A stretch of 64,000 bases of DNA. Origin: an uncultured Candidatus Entotheonella sp. GTDB taxonomy: Bacteria > Tectomicrobia > Entotheonellia > Entotheonellales > Entotheonellaceae. The notes under the pieces are model-generated. The model was given only the letters and a program-made list of their open reading frames with translations, was not told where the DNA came from and did not search any database. The stretch spans positions 1,568,001 through 1,632,000 of the forward strand of contig CBDCDA010000001.1 in assembly GCA_965215335.1 (NCBI GenBank), written 5' to 3'. Positions 38,519 to 48,320 of this stretch are shown here, piece after piece. The position numbers and the translations under genes were made by a program. Each line of letters begins with the position of its first letter. Positions within the stretch are counted from its first letter, which is position 1.

Positions 38519-40853
38519 AAGCGGGCATCCAGTCGCCGCCCTTATCGACCGCCTGGTGTTCGGCCGCCGCCTCGTGACCCTGGCTCTCTTCGTGGCGGTC
38601 ACGGTGGCGCTGGCATGGCTGGCTACCGGGTTGCGCGTGGACGCCGGCTTCACCAAGCTGCTGCCGGTTGAACACGACTACATGCAGACCTTCCTCGAAT
38701 ATCGTGACGACTTCGGCGGCGCCGACCGCGTGGCCGTGGCGCTGATGGCGCGCGATGGCAACATGTTCACGCCCGAGTTCTTCGCCTTGCTGCGCCGGGT
38801 GACGGATGCCGTTTTCTTCCTGCCCGGCGTCGACCGCACCCAGGTCTACTCCATTCTCACCCCCAACGTGCGCTTCATCGAGGTAATCGAGGACGGCCTC
38901 ATGAGCGGCGATGTCCTGCCGTCCGATTTCAAGCCGACCGAAGAAAGCCTCGCGCAGGTTCGCGAGAACATCATCAAGGCCGGCGTCGTCGGCCGTCTGG
39001 TCGCCAACGACTTCTCCGGCGCTCTGGTCAGCGCCAAGCTGCAGGAATTCGACCCCAACACCGGGGAGAAGCTCGACTACCTCAACGTCGCGGCGGAACT
39101 CGAACGCATTCGCGCCGAAACCAGCGCGCCCGACGGCGGCGACGCCATCGCGAACCTGCACATCATCGGCTTCGCCAAGGTGGTGGGAGACATCGCGTCG
39201 GGCGCGGTGCGCGTCGTGCTGTTCTTCGTCGTCACCTTCGCAGTCACGGCCCTGTTCGTCTACGTCTACACGAGCTCCCGGCGTTTCACCGCCATGCTGC
39301 TCGTCTGTGCCTTGACCGCGATGGTGTGGCAGCTCGGCGCCCTCGTTGGCCTCGGCTTCGGTATTGATCCGATATCGATCCTCGTGCCCTTCCTGGTGTT
39401 TGCGATCGGGGTCAGTCACGGCGTACAGATGGTCAGCGCGGTACGCGCCGAAGCGATTGGCGGTGCGGCGCCGCTCACGGCCGCGCGCAACAGCCTGCGC
39501 CGCCTGCTGCTGCCCGGCGCCGTGGCGCTCGCCTCCGATACCGTGGGCTTTGTGACCATATCGCTCATCGCGGTGCCGGTGATTCAGGAAATTGCGATTG
39601 CCGCCAGCCTCGGCGTCGCCGCCATCATCCTTACCAATCTGGGTCTCCTGCCGGTCCTGCTCTCCTACGTCCGGATCGACGCCCCACAGCGGGACGCGGC
39701 TCTCGAACGCGACCGCCGCCTGGCGCCGCTGTGGGCCCGCTTTGCGGGCGTGGCGCGACGCGGCCCTGCCCTCGTCACCATTGGCCTGGCCGCCATCCTG
39801 ATGGTCGTCGGCGCCTCCTATGCGCCGATGGTGCGCATCGGCGACCAGCATCACGGCGTGCCGGAACTGCGTCCGACCGCCACGTACAATCTCGACGCCG
39901 CGGCCATTAGCGAGCGCTTCGAGATCGGCGTCGACGTCTTCACGGTCATCGCGGAAACCAAGTCGGAAGGCTGCATCGACTATGCGGTGATGAACACCCT
40001 CGACCGCTTCGAGTGGCACATGCGCAACGTAGAGGGCGTGCAATCCGTGGCTACGCTGAGCGGCGCCGTTCGCAAGGTCGCCTCCGGCCTGAAGGAAGGC
40101 AGCCTCAAATGGCGGACCGTGCCGCGCGACCCGTACGTGCTGGCGCAGGTCGGAGCCTATGTGCCGACTAGCAGCGGCCTGCTCGATGCCGATTGCAGCG
40201 CCATGCCGGTGATGGTTTACACCACGGATCACAAGGCCGTAACCATCGAGCGCATCGTCGATGCCGTCAAGGCGTTCAACGCCGCCAACCCGGACGAGGA
40301 GATCGTCTTCCGTCTCGCTTCCGGCAACGTCGGCGTCATGGCTGCGGTCAACGAGGAAGTGTCAGCCTCGCAATTCCCGATTCTCGGCTACGTCTACGCG
40401 GCGGTCATCATCCTGTGCCTGATCTTCTTCCGCTCGCTGGCGGCAACGGTGTGCATCGTCGTGCCGCTGGCCGCCGTGTCGCTGCTCGCCTATGCGCTGA
40501 TGGCAGCGCTGGAGATCGGGCTGAAGGTCTCCACACTGCCGGTGGTGGCGCTCGGCATCGGCATCGGCGTCGATTACGGCATCTACATCTACGGGCAACT
40601 GCGTCTTCACCTGGCGGAGGGTCTCGACTTGGCGACCGCCTACGTACGGACCCTTGCCACGGCGGGGGCCGCGGTGGTGCTGACCGGCCTCACCCTGGCG
40701 GCCGGCGTGGCGACCTGGATCGTGGCACCGCTCAAGCTGCAGGCCGACATGGGCACGGTGCTGACGTTCATGTTCCTCGTCAACATGATCGGCGCCATCG
40801 TGCTGCTGCCGTCGCTCGGCGCGTGGCTGATCAAGTCGAAAAAGACGACCTGA
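38469..40853 (+). CDS. RND/MMPL family transporter
   Basis: Two-repeat 12-TM architecture; GFAKVVGDI, LVPFLVFAIGVSHGVQM, SDTVGF, GIGVDYGIY, QADMG. Confidence 0.92.
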   Translation: MDLADNPKSGSQNQQSASGHPVAALIDRLVFGRRLVTLALFVAVTVALAWLATGLRVDAGFTKLLPVEHDYMQTFLEYRDDFGGADRVAVALMARDGNMFTPEFFALLRRVTDAVFFLPGVDRTQVYSILTPNVRFIEVIEDGLMSGDVLPSDFKPTEESLAQVRENIIKAGVVGRLVANDFSGALVSAKLQEFDPNTGEKLDYLNVAAELERIRAETSAPDGGDAIANLHIIGFAKVVGDIASGAVRVVLFFVVTFAVTALFVYVYTSSRRFTAMLLVCALTAMVWQLGALVGLGFGIDPISILVPFLVFAIGVSHGVQMVSAVRAEAIGGAAPLTAARNSLRRLLLPGAVALASDTVGFVTISLIAVPVIQEIAIAASLGVAAIILTNLGLLPVLLSYVRIDAPQRDAALERDRRLAPLWARFAGVARRGPALVTIGLAAILMVVGASYAPMVRIGDQHHGVPELRPTATYNLDAAAISERFEIGVDVFTVIAETKSEGCIDYAVMNTLDRFEWHMRNVEGVQSVATLSGAVRKVASGLKEGSLKWRTVPRDPYVLAQVGAYVPTSSGLLDADCSAMPVMVYTTDHKAVTIERIVDAVKAFNAANPDEEIVFRLASGNVGVMAAVNEEVSASQFPILGYVYAAVIILCLIFFRSLAATVCIVVPLAAVSLLAYALMAALEIGLKVSTLPVVALGIGIGVDYGIYIYGQLRLHLAEGLDLATAYVRTLATAGAAVVLTGLTLAAGVATWIVAPLKLQADMGTVLTFMFLVNMIGAIVLLPSLGAWLIKSKKTT

Positions 40854-40863
40854 AAGGGGGGCG

Positions 40864-42045
40864 ATGGCCGTCATGCAGACGTACAATCCGTTTGTACCCG
40901 AGGTGAAGGAAAACCCGTATCCCGCCTACGACTGGCTGCGGCGTGAGCATCCGGTGTACCACAACGAAGGACTGGATTTCTGGGTGTTGAGTCGCTACGC
41001 GGACGTCGAGTGGGCGGCGCGTCGGCCCGAGATATTTTCCTCGGCTCAGGGCGTCGGGCCAGACCGTCAGGTCGGGGTGTCCATGATTACCAAGGACCCG
41101 CCGGCGCACACCCGGTTGCGCAAGCTCGTCAGCAAGGCGTTTACGCCCCGCATGGTGTCGCGGTTGGAGCCGCGCATTCGGGCGGTCACGGACGACCTGC
41201 TCGATGCGGTAATCGAGAAAGGGGCGTTCGACCTCGTTCAGGACCTGGCCTACCCGCTGCCGGTGATCGTCATTGCCGAAATGCTGGGCGTTGACTCAGA
41301 GCGCCGGGACGACTTCAAGCACTGGTCCGACGACGTGATCCACATTGTGGCCGCCGGGCAGAACGAAGCGCGGATGGCGCAGTACATGGAGAGCTGGGAG
41401 GCGTTCAAGGCCTACTTCGTGGAGATGATCGAGGCGCGCCGCCGCGCGCCGCGCGACGATCTGGTGTCGGCGCTGGTGCAGGCCCAGGAAGAACGCGACG
41501 CGCTTACCCTGAGCGAGTTGCTCAACGCCTGCCTGCTGCTGCTCGTGGCGGGTAATGAAACCACCACCAACCTGATCGGCAATGGCGCCCTGGCGCTCTT
41601 CACGCACGTCGAAGAGGGCTTGAAAGTACGCCAGCAGCCCGAATCCATCCCCGGCATGATCGAAGAGGTGCTGCGCTACGATTCACCCATCCAGGGCACC
41701 TTCCGCACCACCACGGAAGCGGTCGCCGTCCGGGGCGTGACGATCCCGGCCGACAGCAAGGTCCTGCTGCTCTGGGGCTCCGCCAATCGCGACCCGGAGG
41801 TGTTCCCCGACCCGGACCGCTTCGACATCGAGCGCCCCATCGACCGGCATCTGGCGTTTGGCATCGGCATTCACTTCTGCCTCGGTGCCCCGCTGGCGCG
41901 CCTCGAAGCACGCGTCGCCACGGAGTCGATCCTGCGCCGCATGCACCGCGTCGAGCCCGACCCGAGCGGGACGATCGAGCGCGTTGACAACCCGCTCTTC
42001 CGCGGCCTCAAGCACTACCCGCTGCTGTTCGAGCCGATGCGGTGA
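40864..42045 (+). CDS. Cytochrome P450
   Basis: DPPAHTRLRK, AGNETTT, EEVLRYD, SANRD, HLAFGIGIHFCLGAPLARLE (heme Cys). Confidence 0.97.
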   Translation: MAVMQTYNPFVPEVKENPYPAYDWLRREHPVYHNEGLDFWVLSRYADVEWAARRPEIFSSAQGVGPDRQVGVSMITKDPPAHTRLRKLVSKAFTPRMVSRLEPRIRAVTDDLLDAVIEKGAFDLVQDLAYPLPVIVIAEMLGVDSERRDDFKHWSDDVIHIVAAGQNEARMAQYMESWEAFKAYFVEMIEARRRAPRDDLVSALVQAQEERDALTLSELLNACLLLLVAGNETTTNLIGNGALALFTHVEEGLKVRQQPESIPGMIEEVLRYDSPIQGTFRTTTEAVAVRGVTIPADSKVLLLWGSANRDPEVFPDPDRFDIERPIDRHLAFGIGIHFCLGAPLARLEARVATESILRRMHRVEPDPSGTIERVDNPLFRGLKHYPLLFEPMR

Positions 42046-42149
42046 AATCGCCCGCTGTCAGCCTGGCGCCCGTCAACTCTTGGCGCACCCATTGGGTAGC
42101 TTCCACCATGCGCTGAAGTTCCAGCACGGTGAGCCAGCGTGGCAGCGCG

Positions 42150-42525
42150 ACTTGGCAGGCATGACGCGCCTCTTCGACGATGCCCAGCCCCTGCGGCACG
42201 GTGACCGGCGCTACCGGGACGGTAGCGCGGCGGCATGTCGTAGCCGTAGACGCCCGTCTTGCGCAATTCCGGCAGGCGCTCAAGGCCCTCCATGCGGCGG
42301 TAGAAGCTCTGCACGAAGTACCAACGGCGCATTTCGCCGTCCGAGATGACGTCCACGCCGGCGCGCCCTGGTCCAGGATGGCGGCGTTGACCGCGTCGTC
42401 CACGGCCTCGCGGGCATCGGTGCTGCCATGGCGGCCCTGCTCGATTTCTTTCGAACGCGGTTAAAGAACCAGCCCGGGTAGGCATGGCTGCCGACGACGG
42501 TGGTTGGAAGCAGCAGATCGCTCAT
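42150..42525 (-). pseudogene. Cobalamin-independent methionine synthase II-family pseudogene (5' remnant)
   Basis: MSDLLLPTTVVGSHAYPGW | DAVNAAILDQ | AGVDVISDGEMRR spread over three frames; breaks off after about 125 codons. Confidence 0.75.
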
Positions 42526-42550
42526 CGTTCCTCTCGCGGCAAGGACGCTC

Positions 42551-43330
42551 TCAGCGGCCCTTCCAGTTCGGCTTGCGTTTTTCGGCAAAGGCTTTCGGTC
42601 CCTCGACGATGTCCTCGGAACGCCGCATGGCGGTGCTCTGGGTGTACGCCAGGTTGAGGGCAATATCCAGCGGGTGGCCGAGTCCCGTCATCGCCGCCTC
42701 TTTGCTGGCCCGGATGGACAGCGGCGCGCCCTCCAGGATGTCCTGCGCCCAGTGCCGGACGGTGGGCATGAGGTCGGCGAGCGGCACCACCTCGTTGACG
42801 ATGCCCCAGCGGTGCGCTTCCTGCGCCGTCATGTGGCGGCCGGTCAGGATGTAGCCCATGGCGATCTTCTGCGGCATCATGCGCGGCAGCCGGTGCACCC
42901 CGCCGGCGCCCGCCATCAGCCCGACGCGCGGCTCGGGCAGGCCGAGACGGGCGTGATCGGCGGCGATGATGAGGTCACACGCCAACGCCATCTCGAAGCC
43001 GCCGCCGAGCGCGAAGCCATTGACTGCGGCAATGATCGGCTTCCAGCAATTCGTGCGCTTGGCCAGGCCACCGAAGCCGCTCTCGCCGACCCGCACCATG
43101 TTCAGGCCGTGTTCGGCCGTGTATTTCAGATCATTGCCCGCCGAAAACGCCTTGTCGCCGCTGCCGGTAAGGATGCCGATCCACGTCTCGGGGTCGTTCT
43201 GGAAGTCGTTCCAGATATCGTGCAGCTCGAGGTTGGCGGGCGGATGCAGGGCGTTCATGCGCTCCGGACGGTTGATCGTCACCGTCGCGATGCGGCCTTC
43301 TTTCTCATAGGTAGCAAATTCGTATGCCAT
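42551..43330 (-). CDS. Enoyl-CoA hydratase/isomerase (crotonase) family protein
   Basis: INRPERMNAL, AFSAGNDLK, KPIIAAVNGFALGGGFE, GLPEPRVG, FAEKRKP. Confidence 0.93.
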   Translation of the reverse strand: MAYEFATYEKEGRIATVTINRPERMNALHPPANLELHDIWNDFQNDPETWIGILTGSGDKAFSAGNDLKYTAEHGLNMVRVGESGFGGLAKRTNCWKPIIAAVNGFALGGGFEMALACDLIIAADHARLGLPEPRVGLMAGAGGVHRLPRMMPQKIAMGYILTGRHMTAQEAHRWGIVNEVVPLADLMPTVRHWAQDILEGAPLSIRASKEAAMTGLGHPLDIALNLAYTQSTAMRRSEDIVEGPKAFAEKRKPNWKGR

Positions 43331-43428
43331 AGTCAGTGGCTCCCCATTCTTCCCTCTGTACGATCCGGCAGCGCAGGGCTCAGCGCGGCCCAGTATGCCG
43401 ACGCTGCCTTGCCGGTGCAAAAGAAAAC

Positions 43429-43986
43429 CTAATTCGCCAGGCGCGATACGTCTACTTCCGGGCGCAAGATCCGGGGGTGCCACCAGCCGCTGGTTTCCTG
43501 GCACTGCCGGCGCCACTTCCAGGAAATGAAGGTGGCGTGCCGGAGCATGGAGCGCCGCAGCGTGCCGTACTGGCCGATGCGGTCGAGAAAATCGAACGTC
43601 AGCGTGTTCTCGATGCGCTTGCGGGCCATCCAGCAGTGCTGCACGGCGGCGGGAATGCCCTTGTAGTAGAGCACGAAATGCAGGTATTCGTGCGCCAGAT
43701 AAAGCTCGACGATGCGCGGCACGCCGGAAAAGGCATGCACCGGATGCAGGTGCACCTCGCCCTTCCGAAGGTCGGCCATGGCAGCGCCCTTGTCGAGTTC
43801 CACCAGGCGAATGGCGGGCCGTGCGATGAGGCCGTTGCCCTTGCCGAGTTTCACCGCATATTGCCACAACGCTTCCTGCCGGGATTCGGACGGGATTTGC
43901 GGGCGTTCCTGCGCCGCCGGGGGGCTGAAAGCGCCGAGAACCAGCAAGGCAAGCAGGATGCCGCAGCTTGCGCCCGTGTCGCGCAC
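43429..43986 (-). CDS. Exported hypothetical protein with HExxH motif
   Basis: Hydrophobic signal peptide ending PAA-Q; YLAHEYLHFV. Confidence 0.55.
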   Translation of the reverse strand: MRDTGASCGILLALLVLGAFSPPAAQERPQIPSESRQEALWQYAVKLGKGNGLIARPAIRLVELDKGAAMADLRKGEVHLHPVHAFSGVPRIVELYLAHEYLHFVLYYKGIPAAVQHCWMARKRIENTLTFDFLDRIGQYGTLRRSMLRHATFISWKWRRQCQETSGWWHPRILRPEVDVSRLAN

Positions 43987-44002
43987 AGGTTCCCCCCGGC
44001 TA

Positions 44003-44841
44003 GGCTCAGGACCTATAAAGGGTTATCATTGAACATATCGGATTCAAGACCCTGACTCCACGGGGAGGTTCATCATGCCCGATCATCACTTCTGGCTCTC
44101 CGATGCGCAGTTTGCCCGACTCCAACCCCTGCTACCCAACAAGGTGCGCGGCGTCCCGCGCGTCGATGACCGAAAGGTCATCAGCGGCATCATCCACGTC
44201 ATTCGATACGGTCTGATGTGGCGCCCGCGCCCGCCTGCTACGGTCCCCACAAGACGCTCTACAACCGCTTCGTGCGCTGGAGCAAGGCCGGTGTCTTCGA
44301 CCGCATCTTCCAAACCCTGGCCGCCGACAGCACGGCCACCGAGACCGTCATGATCGACAGCACGCATCTCAAGGCGCATTGCACCGCTGCCAGCCTGCTC
44401 GAGGGGGGCTTTTCCGCGCCATGTCGGGCGTACCCGAGGCGGCCTCGACTCGAAACTTCACGCCGTCTGCGACGGCGACGGCAAGCCCGTCGTCATGGTG
44501 TTGACTGCGGGCCAGGTCAGCGACTATCGCGGGGCGGACATGGCGCCGCCCGCATTGCCGGAGGCCGACGTGCTGATTGCCGACAAGGGTTATGACAGCC
44601 CGGCTGCGCAAGGCGCTTGCCGAGCGCAAGATCAAGCCCTGTATTCCAGGCCGTGCCAATCGTAAAGAGCCGATTGTCTACGACACGGAGCTTTACAAGA
44701 GCCGTAATCTCATCGAGCGCCTGTTCGGTCGTCTCAAGGATTGGCGTCGCATCGCCACGCGCTATGACCGGTGTGCGCACACCTTTTTCAGTGCCATCTG
44801 TATTGCTGCCACGGTCATCTTCTGGTTATGAGTCCTGAACC
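44003..44841 (+). mobile_element. IS5-family (IS427-like) insertion sequence, degenerate
   Basis: TIRs GGCTCAGGACCTATAA / TTATGAGTCCTGAACC (13/16 match), TA duplicated on both sides, 839 bp. Confidence 0.9.
44075..44831 (+). pseudogene. IS5-family transposase with extra frameshifts
   Basis: DDRKVISGI | YGPHKTLYNRFVRW, MIDSTHLKAH | SKLHAVCD, IADKGYDS | YKSRNLIERLFGRLKDWRRIATRYD, in four segments. Confidence 0.88.
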
Positions 44842-44892
44842 TACGGGTCATTCCCCCGCTGTCAAGCAACGTCCTGATAATAAAGGCAATTC

Positions 44893-46080
44893 ATGTACAT
44901 CGAAAGCTCAGAGCCATTGCGCCGCCTCTGTGCGCAAGCGCGAACTGAAGGACGGTTGGCGATCGACCTCGAATTCATCCGCGAAAATACCTACGCCCCG
45001 CAACTGGCGCTGATCCAGGTCGCCATCAGCGGTACATGCGCAATCGTCGACCCGCTGGAGGTGGACGATTTGTCGCCCTTGGTCGAGGTGTTAACGCACC
45101 CCGGCGTACTTAAGGTGCTGCACGCCGCCGGCCAGGACGTCGAGGTGCTGCACTGGCGCACCGGCAGCGTTGCCACGCCAATCTTTGATACCCAGATCGC
45201 CGCCTCCATGGCCGGGATCGGTGAGCAATTGTCATACGGCCGGCTGGTGGACACCCTGCTGGGCATATCGCTGACAAAGGGCGAGAGCTATTCGGACTGG
45301 CTGCGTCGCCCGCTGTTGCCCTCGCAGACCAAGTACGCCCTGGACGACGTGCGCTATCTGCTGCCGATGCACGACCGTCTCCACAAGCGTCTCGACGCCA
45401 TGGGGCGGGGCGCATGGGCCGCCGACGAGTGCCGAAAATTCACCGATCCCGCCCTGTACGAGCGCGACCCGCGCACCCTCTACCGTCGTATCCGCAACGG
45501 CAGGAACCTGTCGCCGCAGGGACTGGCCGTTCTGCGCGAATTGGCGGCGTGGCGTGACGACGAAGCGCGGCAACGCAACCGCCCGCACGGACGCGTGCTC
45601 AGCAACGAAATCCTGGTGGACCTGGCTCGCCGGGCGCCGCAGACCCGCGCCGATTTGCAACGCCTGCGCGGCCTGCCGCAGCGCGAGTTCGAGCGCTCGG
45701 CGGAAGCCATTCTGGCGATGGTGCAACGCGGGCTCGAGGTGCCCGAGGCGGATCAGCCGCAGCCGGAAAATCGAGCCCACCGCCTGACACCATCCGAGGA
45801 ATTGACCGTAAAATTCCTCGACGCCAGCCTCAAAGCCCTGTGCCAGCGCGAAAAGCTCCCCCCCTCGTTCATTGCCAACCGCAACGATCTCGAAATGCTG
45901 GTGCGGCGCTATCGCAAGGACCGCCTGGCCACCGAGGGCAGCCCGGTGCTGGGAGGATGGCGCGGCGAATTGGTGGGACGAGATCTGCTGGCCGTCCTCG
46001 AAGGGCGCCTCAGCCTCCACCTGCATCCCAAAACCGGCAAGGTGACCTTCACCGCCCGGCATCGTCGCGCCCGGACATAA
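44893..46080 (+). CDS. rnd: Ribonuclease D
   Basis: AIDLEF, LALIQVA, HAAGQD, FDTQIAA, SDWLRRPL, YALDDV, HRDC domain. Confidence 0.94.
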   Translation: MYIESSEPLRRLCAQARTEGRLAIDLEFIRENTYAPQLALIQVAISGTCAIVDPLEVDDLSPLVEVLTHPGVLKVLHAAGQDVEVLHWRTGSVATPIFDTQIAASMAGIGEQLSYGRLVDTLLGISLTKGESYSDWLRRPLLPSQTKYALDDVRYLLPMHDRLHKRLDAMGRGAWAADECRKFTDPALYERDPRTLYRRIRNGRNLSPQGLAVLRELAAWRDDEARQRNRPHGRVLSNEILVDLARRAPQTRADLQRLRGLPQREFERSAEAILAMVQRGLEVPEADQPQPENRAHRLTPSEELTVKFLDASLKALCQREKLPPSFIANRNDLEMLVRRYRKDRLATEGSPVLGGWRGELVGRDLLAVLEGRLSLHLHPKTGKVTFTARHRRART

Positions 46081-46098
46081 GGGCGATCAGACCTTCTT

Positions 46099-46917
46099 TC
46101 ATATGTTCGACCGCGACTGGCAGCCGTCCACGTTGATGCAGGCGCCGGTCATCAGCGACGCCCGCTGCGAGGCCAGGAATACCACCATCGCCGCCACTTC
46201 TTCCGGGTGGCCGAAGCGCTCCAAGGGCATTTCGGTGCGTACGAAATTGGCGATAACCCCCGGGTTGTCCTGCTGCCGCCGCTCCCACGAGCCGCCGGGA
46301 AACAGGATCGAGCCCGGTGCCACCACGTTGACCAGAATCCCGTCTTGAGCCAGCTGCTTGGCCAGTGACTTCGACCAGCTGTTCATGCCCGCCTTGACCA
46401 CGTTGTAGGTCATGGGGCCGCCCGCTTCCCGGCCGTAAATCGACGAGATGTTGATGATGCGCCCGCCGCCGCGCTGGCGCATGAGCGGAATCGCCTGACG
46501 CGAGGCGCGAATGGCCGCGAACAGGTTCAGGTCCAGTGCCACGTTCCAGTCGTCGTCACTGGTGTCCCACGTCTGACCGCCCCGCGAGCCGCCCACGTTG
46601 TTGATCAGAATGTCGAGGCCGCCAAACGCCGCCGCCGCACCATCGATGACGCGCTCGATGTCCGCCGGTTGCGTCATGTCCGCTTGCACGCCCAGCACCA
46701 CTCGCTGCGCTCGTGCTGCCTCGTCTTCTACGCTCGCTAGCGCTTGCCGTGGGGCGTGCTGCGCGGCCTCGCGCTCGGTCTGCCGCAACGCCGCCTCGCC
46801 GCGCGCCGAAAAAGCAACCTTGCAGCCCTCGCTTGTCAACTCCAGCACGATGGCCCTGCCAATGCCCTTGCTGCCGCCGGTAACGACGGCCACTTGATCT
46901 CGCAAACCCAAGTCCAT
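46099..46917 (-). CDS. SDR family oxidoreductase
   Basis: TGGSKGIG, LINNVG, NISS, YNVVK, NVVAPG, VDG. Confidence 0.9.
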   Translation of the reverse strand: MDLGLRDQVAVVTGGSKGIGRAIVLELTSEGCKVAFSARGEAALRQTEREAAQHAPRQALASVEDEAARAQRVVLGVQADMTQPADIERVIDGAAAAFGGLDILINNVGGSRGGQTWDTSDDDWNVALDLNLFAAIRASRQAIPLMRQRGGGRIINISSIYGREAGGPMTYNVVKAGMNSWSKSLAKQLAQDGILVNVVAPGSILFPGGSWERRQQDNPGVIANFVRTEMPLERFGHPEEVAAMVVFLASQRASLMTGACINVDGCQSRSNI

Positions 46918-46955
46918 GGGGAAATTCCTTTCTTCAGTCAGATGATGTAGGAACG

Positions 46956-48320
46956 TCAGGCGCCGACGAGCACGACGTACATGTCCATGACGTTGGTGCC
47001 AGTCGGCCCGGTGAGCAACAGATCACCGAGTGCCTGGAAGAAATGATAGGCGTCGTTGCGGTGCAGGAACGCCTCGGGCTGCAGGCCGAGCGCCTCGGCG
47101 CGCGCCAGCGTGCGGCCATCGACCAAGGCGCCGGCGGCATCGGTGGGGCCGTCGGTGCCGTCGGTGCCGCCGCTGAGCACGACGGTGCCGTCCAGCTCGG
47201 CGATGTGCAGCGCGGCGGCGAGGGCAAATTCCTGACTGCGCCCACCCTTGCCGTTGCCGCACACGGTAACGGTCGTTTCGCCACCGGAAATCACGCAGGC
47301 GGGCGGCGGAACGGGCTGGCCGCTTTGGCGGATTTCCTGTGCGATGGCGGCGTGCATGCGGGCGATGTGGCGCGCCTCGCCCTCAAGGGTTGACGACAGC
47401 AGCAGGGTCGTGTAACCCCGCGCCTCGGCGGCCTCCTGCGCGGCACGCAGGGCGAGTCGGTTGTTCGCCACGACCACTGTTTGCCCCAGCTCAAAGACGG
47501 GATCATCGGCCTGGGGCGTTTCGGCCACATTTCCCGCCAAGCCCTGCTGCAAATGGGCGTGAATGCTGTTCGGCACGCGGTCGAGCAGATCGTAGCGCGC
47601 GAGGATGCTCAGGCAGTCCCGGAACAGCGTCGGGTCGGGCACCGTTGGCCCCGAAGCAATGGCATCGAGGCGGTCGCCGACTACGTCGGACAGCACCAGG
47701 GTGATCAACCGCGCCGGGGCCGCCAGACGCGCCAGTTGGCCCCCCTTGATGGCGGACAGATGCTTGCGGATGACGTTGATTTCGTCGATACGCGCGCCGC
47801 AGTCGATGAGCAGGCCGGTCATCCGCTGTTTTTCGGCCAACGAAATACCGGCGCTTGGGGCCGGCCACAACGCCGAGCCGCCGCCCGACAGCAGGCAGAA
47901 TACCAAGTCGTCGGCGCCCGCCCGCCGCGCCAGTTCCATAGCGGCGTCAGCGCCGCGCAACCCGGCAGCGTCCGGGATCGGGTGGGCCGCCTCGTGGAGC
48001 GTCACCCGCGCCACGGGCGCGACGTGCTCATACTTGACCGTCACCGCCCCGGCGCTTATCCGGGCGCCCAAAATCGCTTCCAGACCCTGCGCCATGACGG
48101 CGCTCCCCTTGCCGGTGCCGACGACGTAGATATGCGAAAAGCGCTGCAGGTCATAGGCCACGTCGTCCACTTCCAGCGTGTCGCCGCGACGCACCACGGC
48201 GCGCTGCACGGCAACCACGGGGTTCACGGCAGCCACGCCGGCGGCAAAAATGGCCCGGCTGTCGTCGCGTAATCGGGCCAGGGAGGAGGGGGAGGACTGG
48301 CGGGGAGGGTCAAGTGACAT
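46956..48320 (-). CDS. Glycerate 2-kinase/hydroxypyruvate reductase (TtuD/GckA, MOFRL family)
   Basis: GTGKG, AAHPIPD, LSGGGSAL, RKHLSAIKGGQL, SDVVGD, SGGETTV, GTDGTDGPTDAAG, TGTNVMD. Confidence 0.93.
   Translation of the reverse strand: MSLDPPRQSSPSSLARLRDDSRAIFAAGVAAVNPVVAVQRAVVRRGDTLEVDDVAYDLQRFSHIYVVGTGKGSAVMAQGLEAILGARISAGAVTVKYEHVAPVARVTLHEAAHPIPDAAGLRGADAAMELARRAGADDLVFCLLSGGGSALWPAPSAGISLAEKQRMTGLLIDCGARIDEINVIRKHLSAIKGGQLARLAAPARLITLVLSDVVGDRLDAIASGPTVPDPTLFRDCLSILARYDLLDRVPNSIHAHLQQGLAGNVAETPQADDPVFELGQTVVVANNRLALRAAQEAAEARGYTTLLLSSTLEGEARHIARMHAAIAQEIRQSGQPVPPPACVISGGETTVTVCGNGKGGRSQEFALAAALHIAELDGTVVLSGGTDGTDGPTDAAGALVDGRTLARAEALGLQPEAFLHRNDAYHFFQALGDLLLTGPTGTNVMDMYVVLVGA

Noticed and set aside
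43331..43867. Apparent extension of the enoyl-CoA hydratase (438-aa ORF)
   Set aside because: Overlaps the HExxH gene; crotonase homology starts at 43330.
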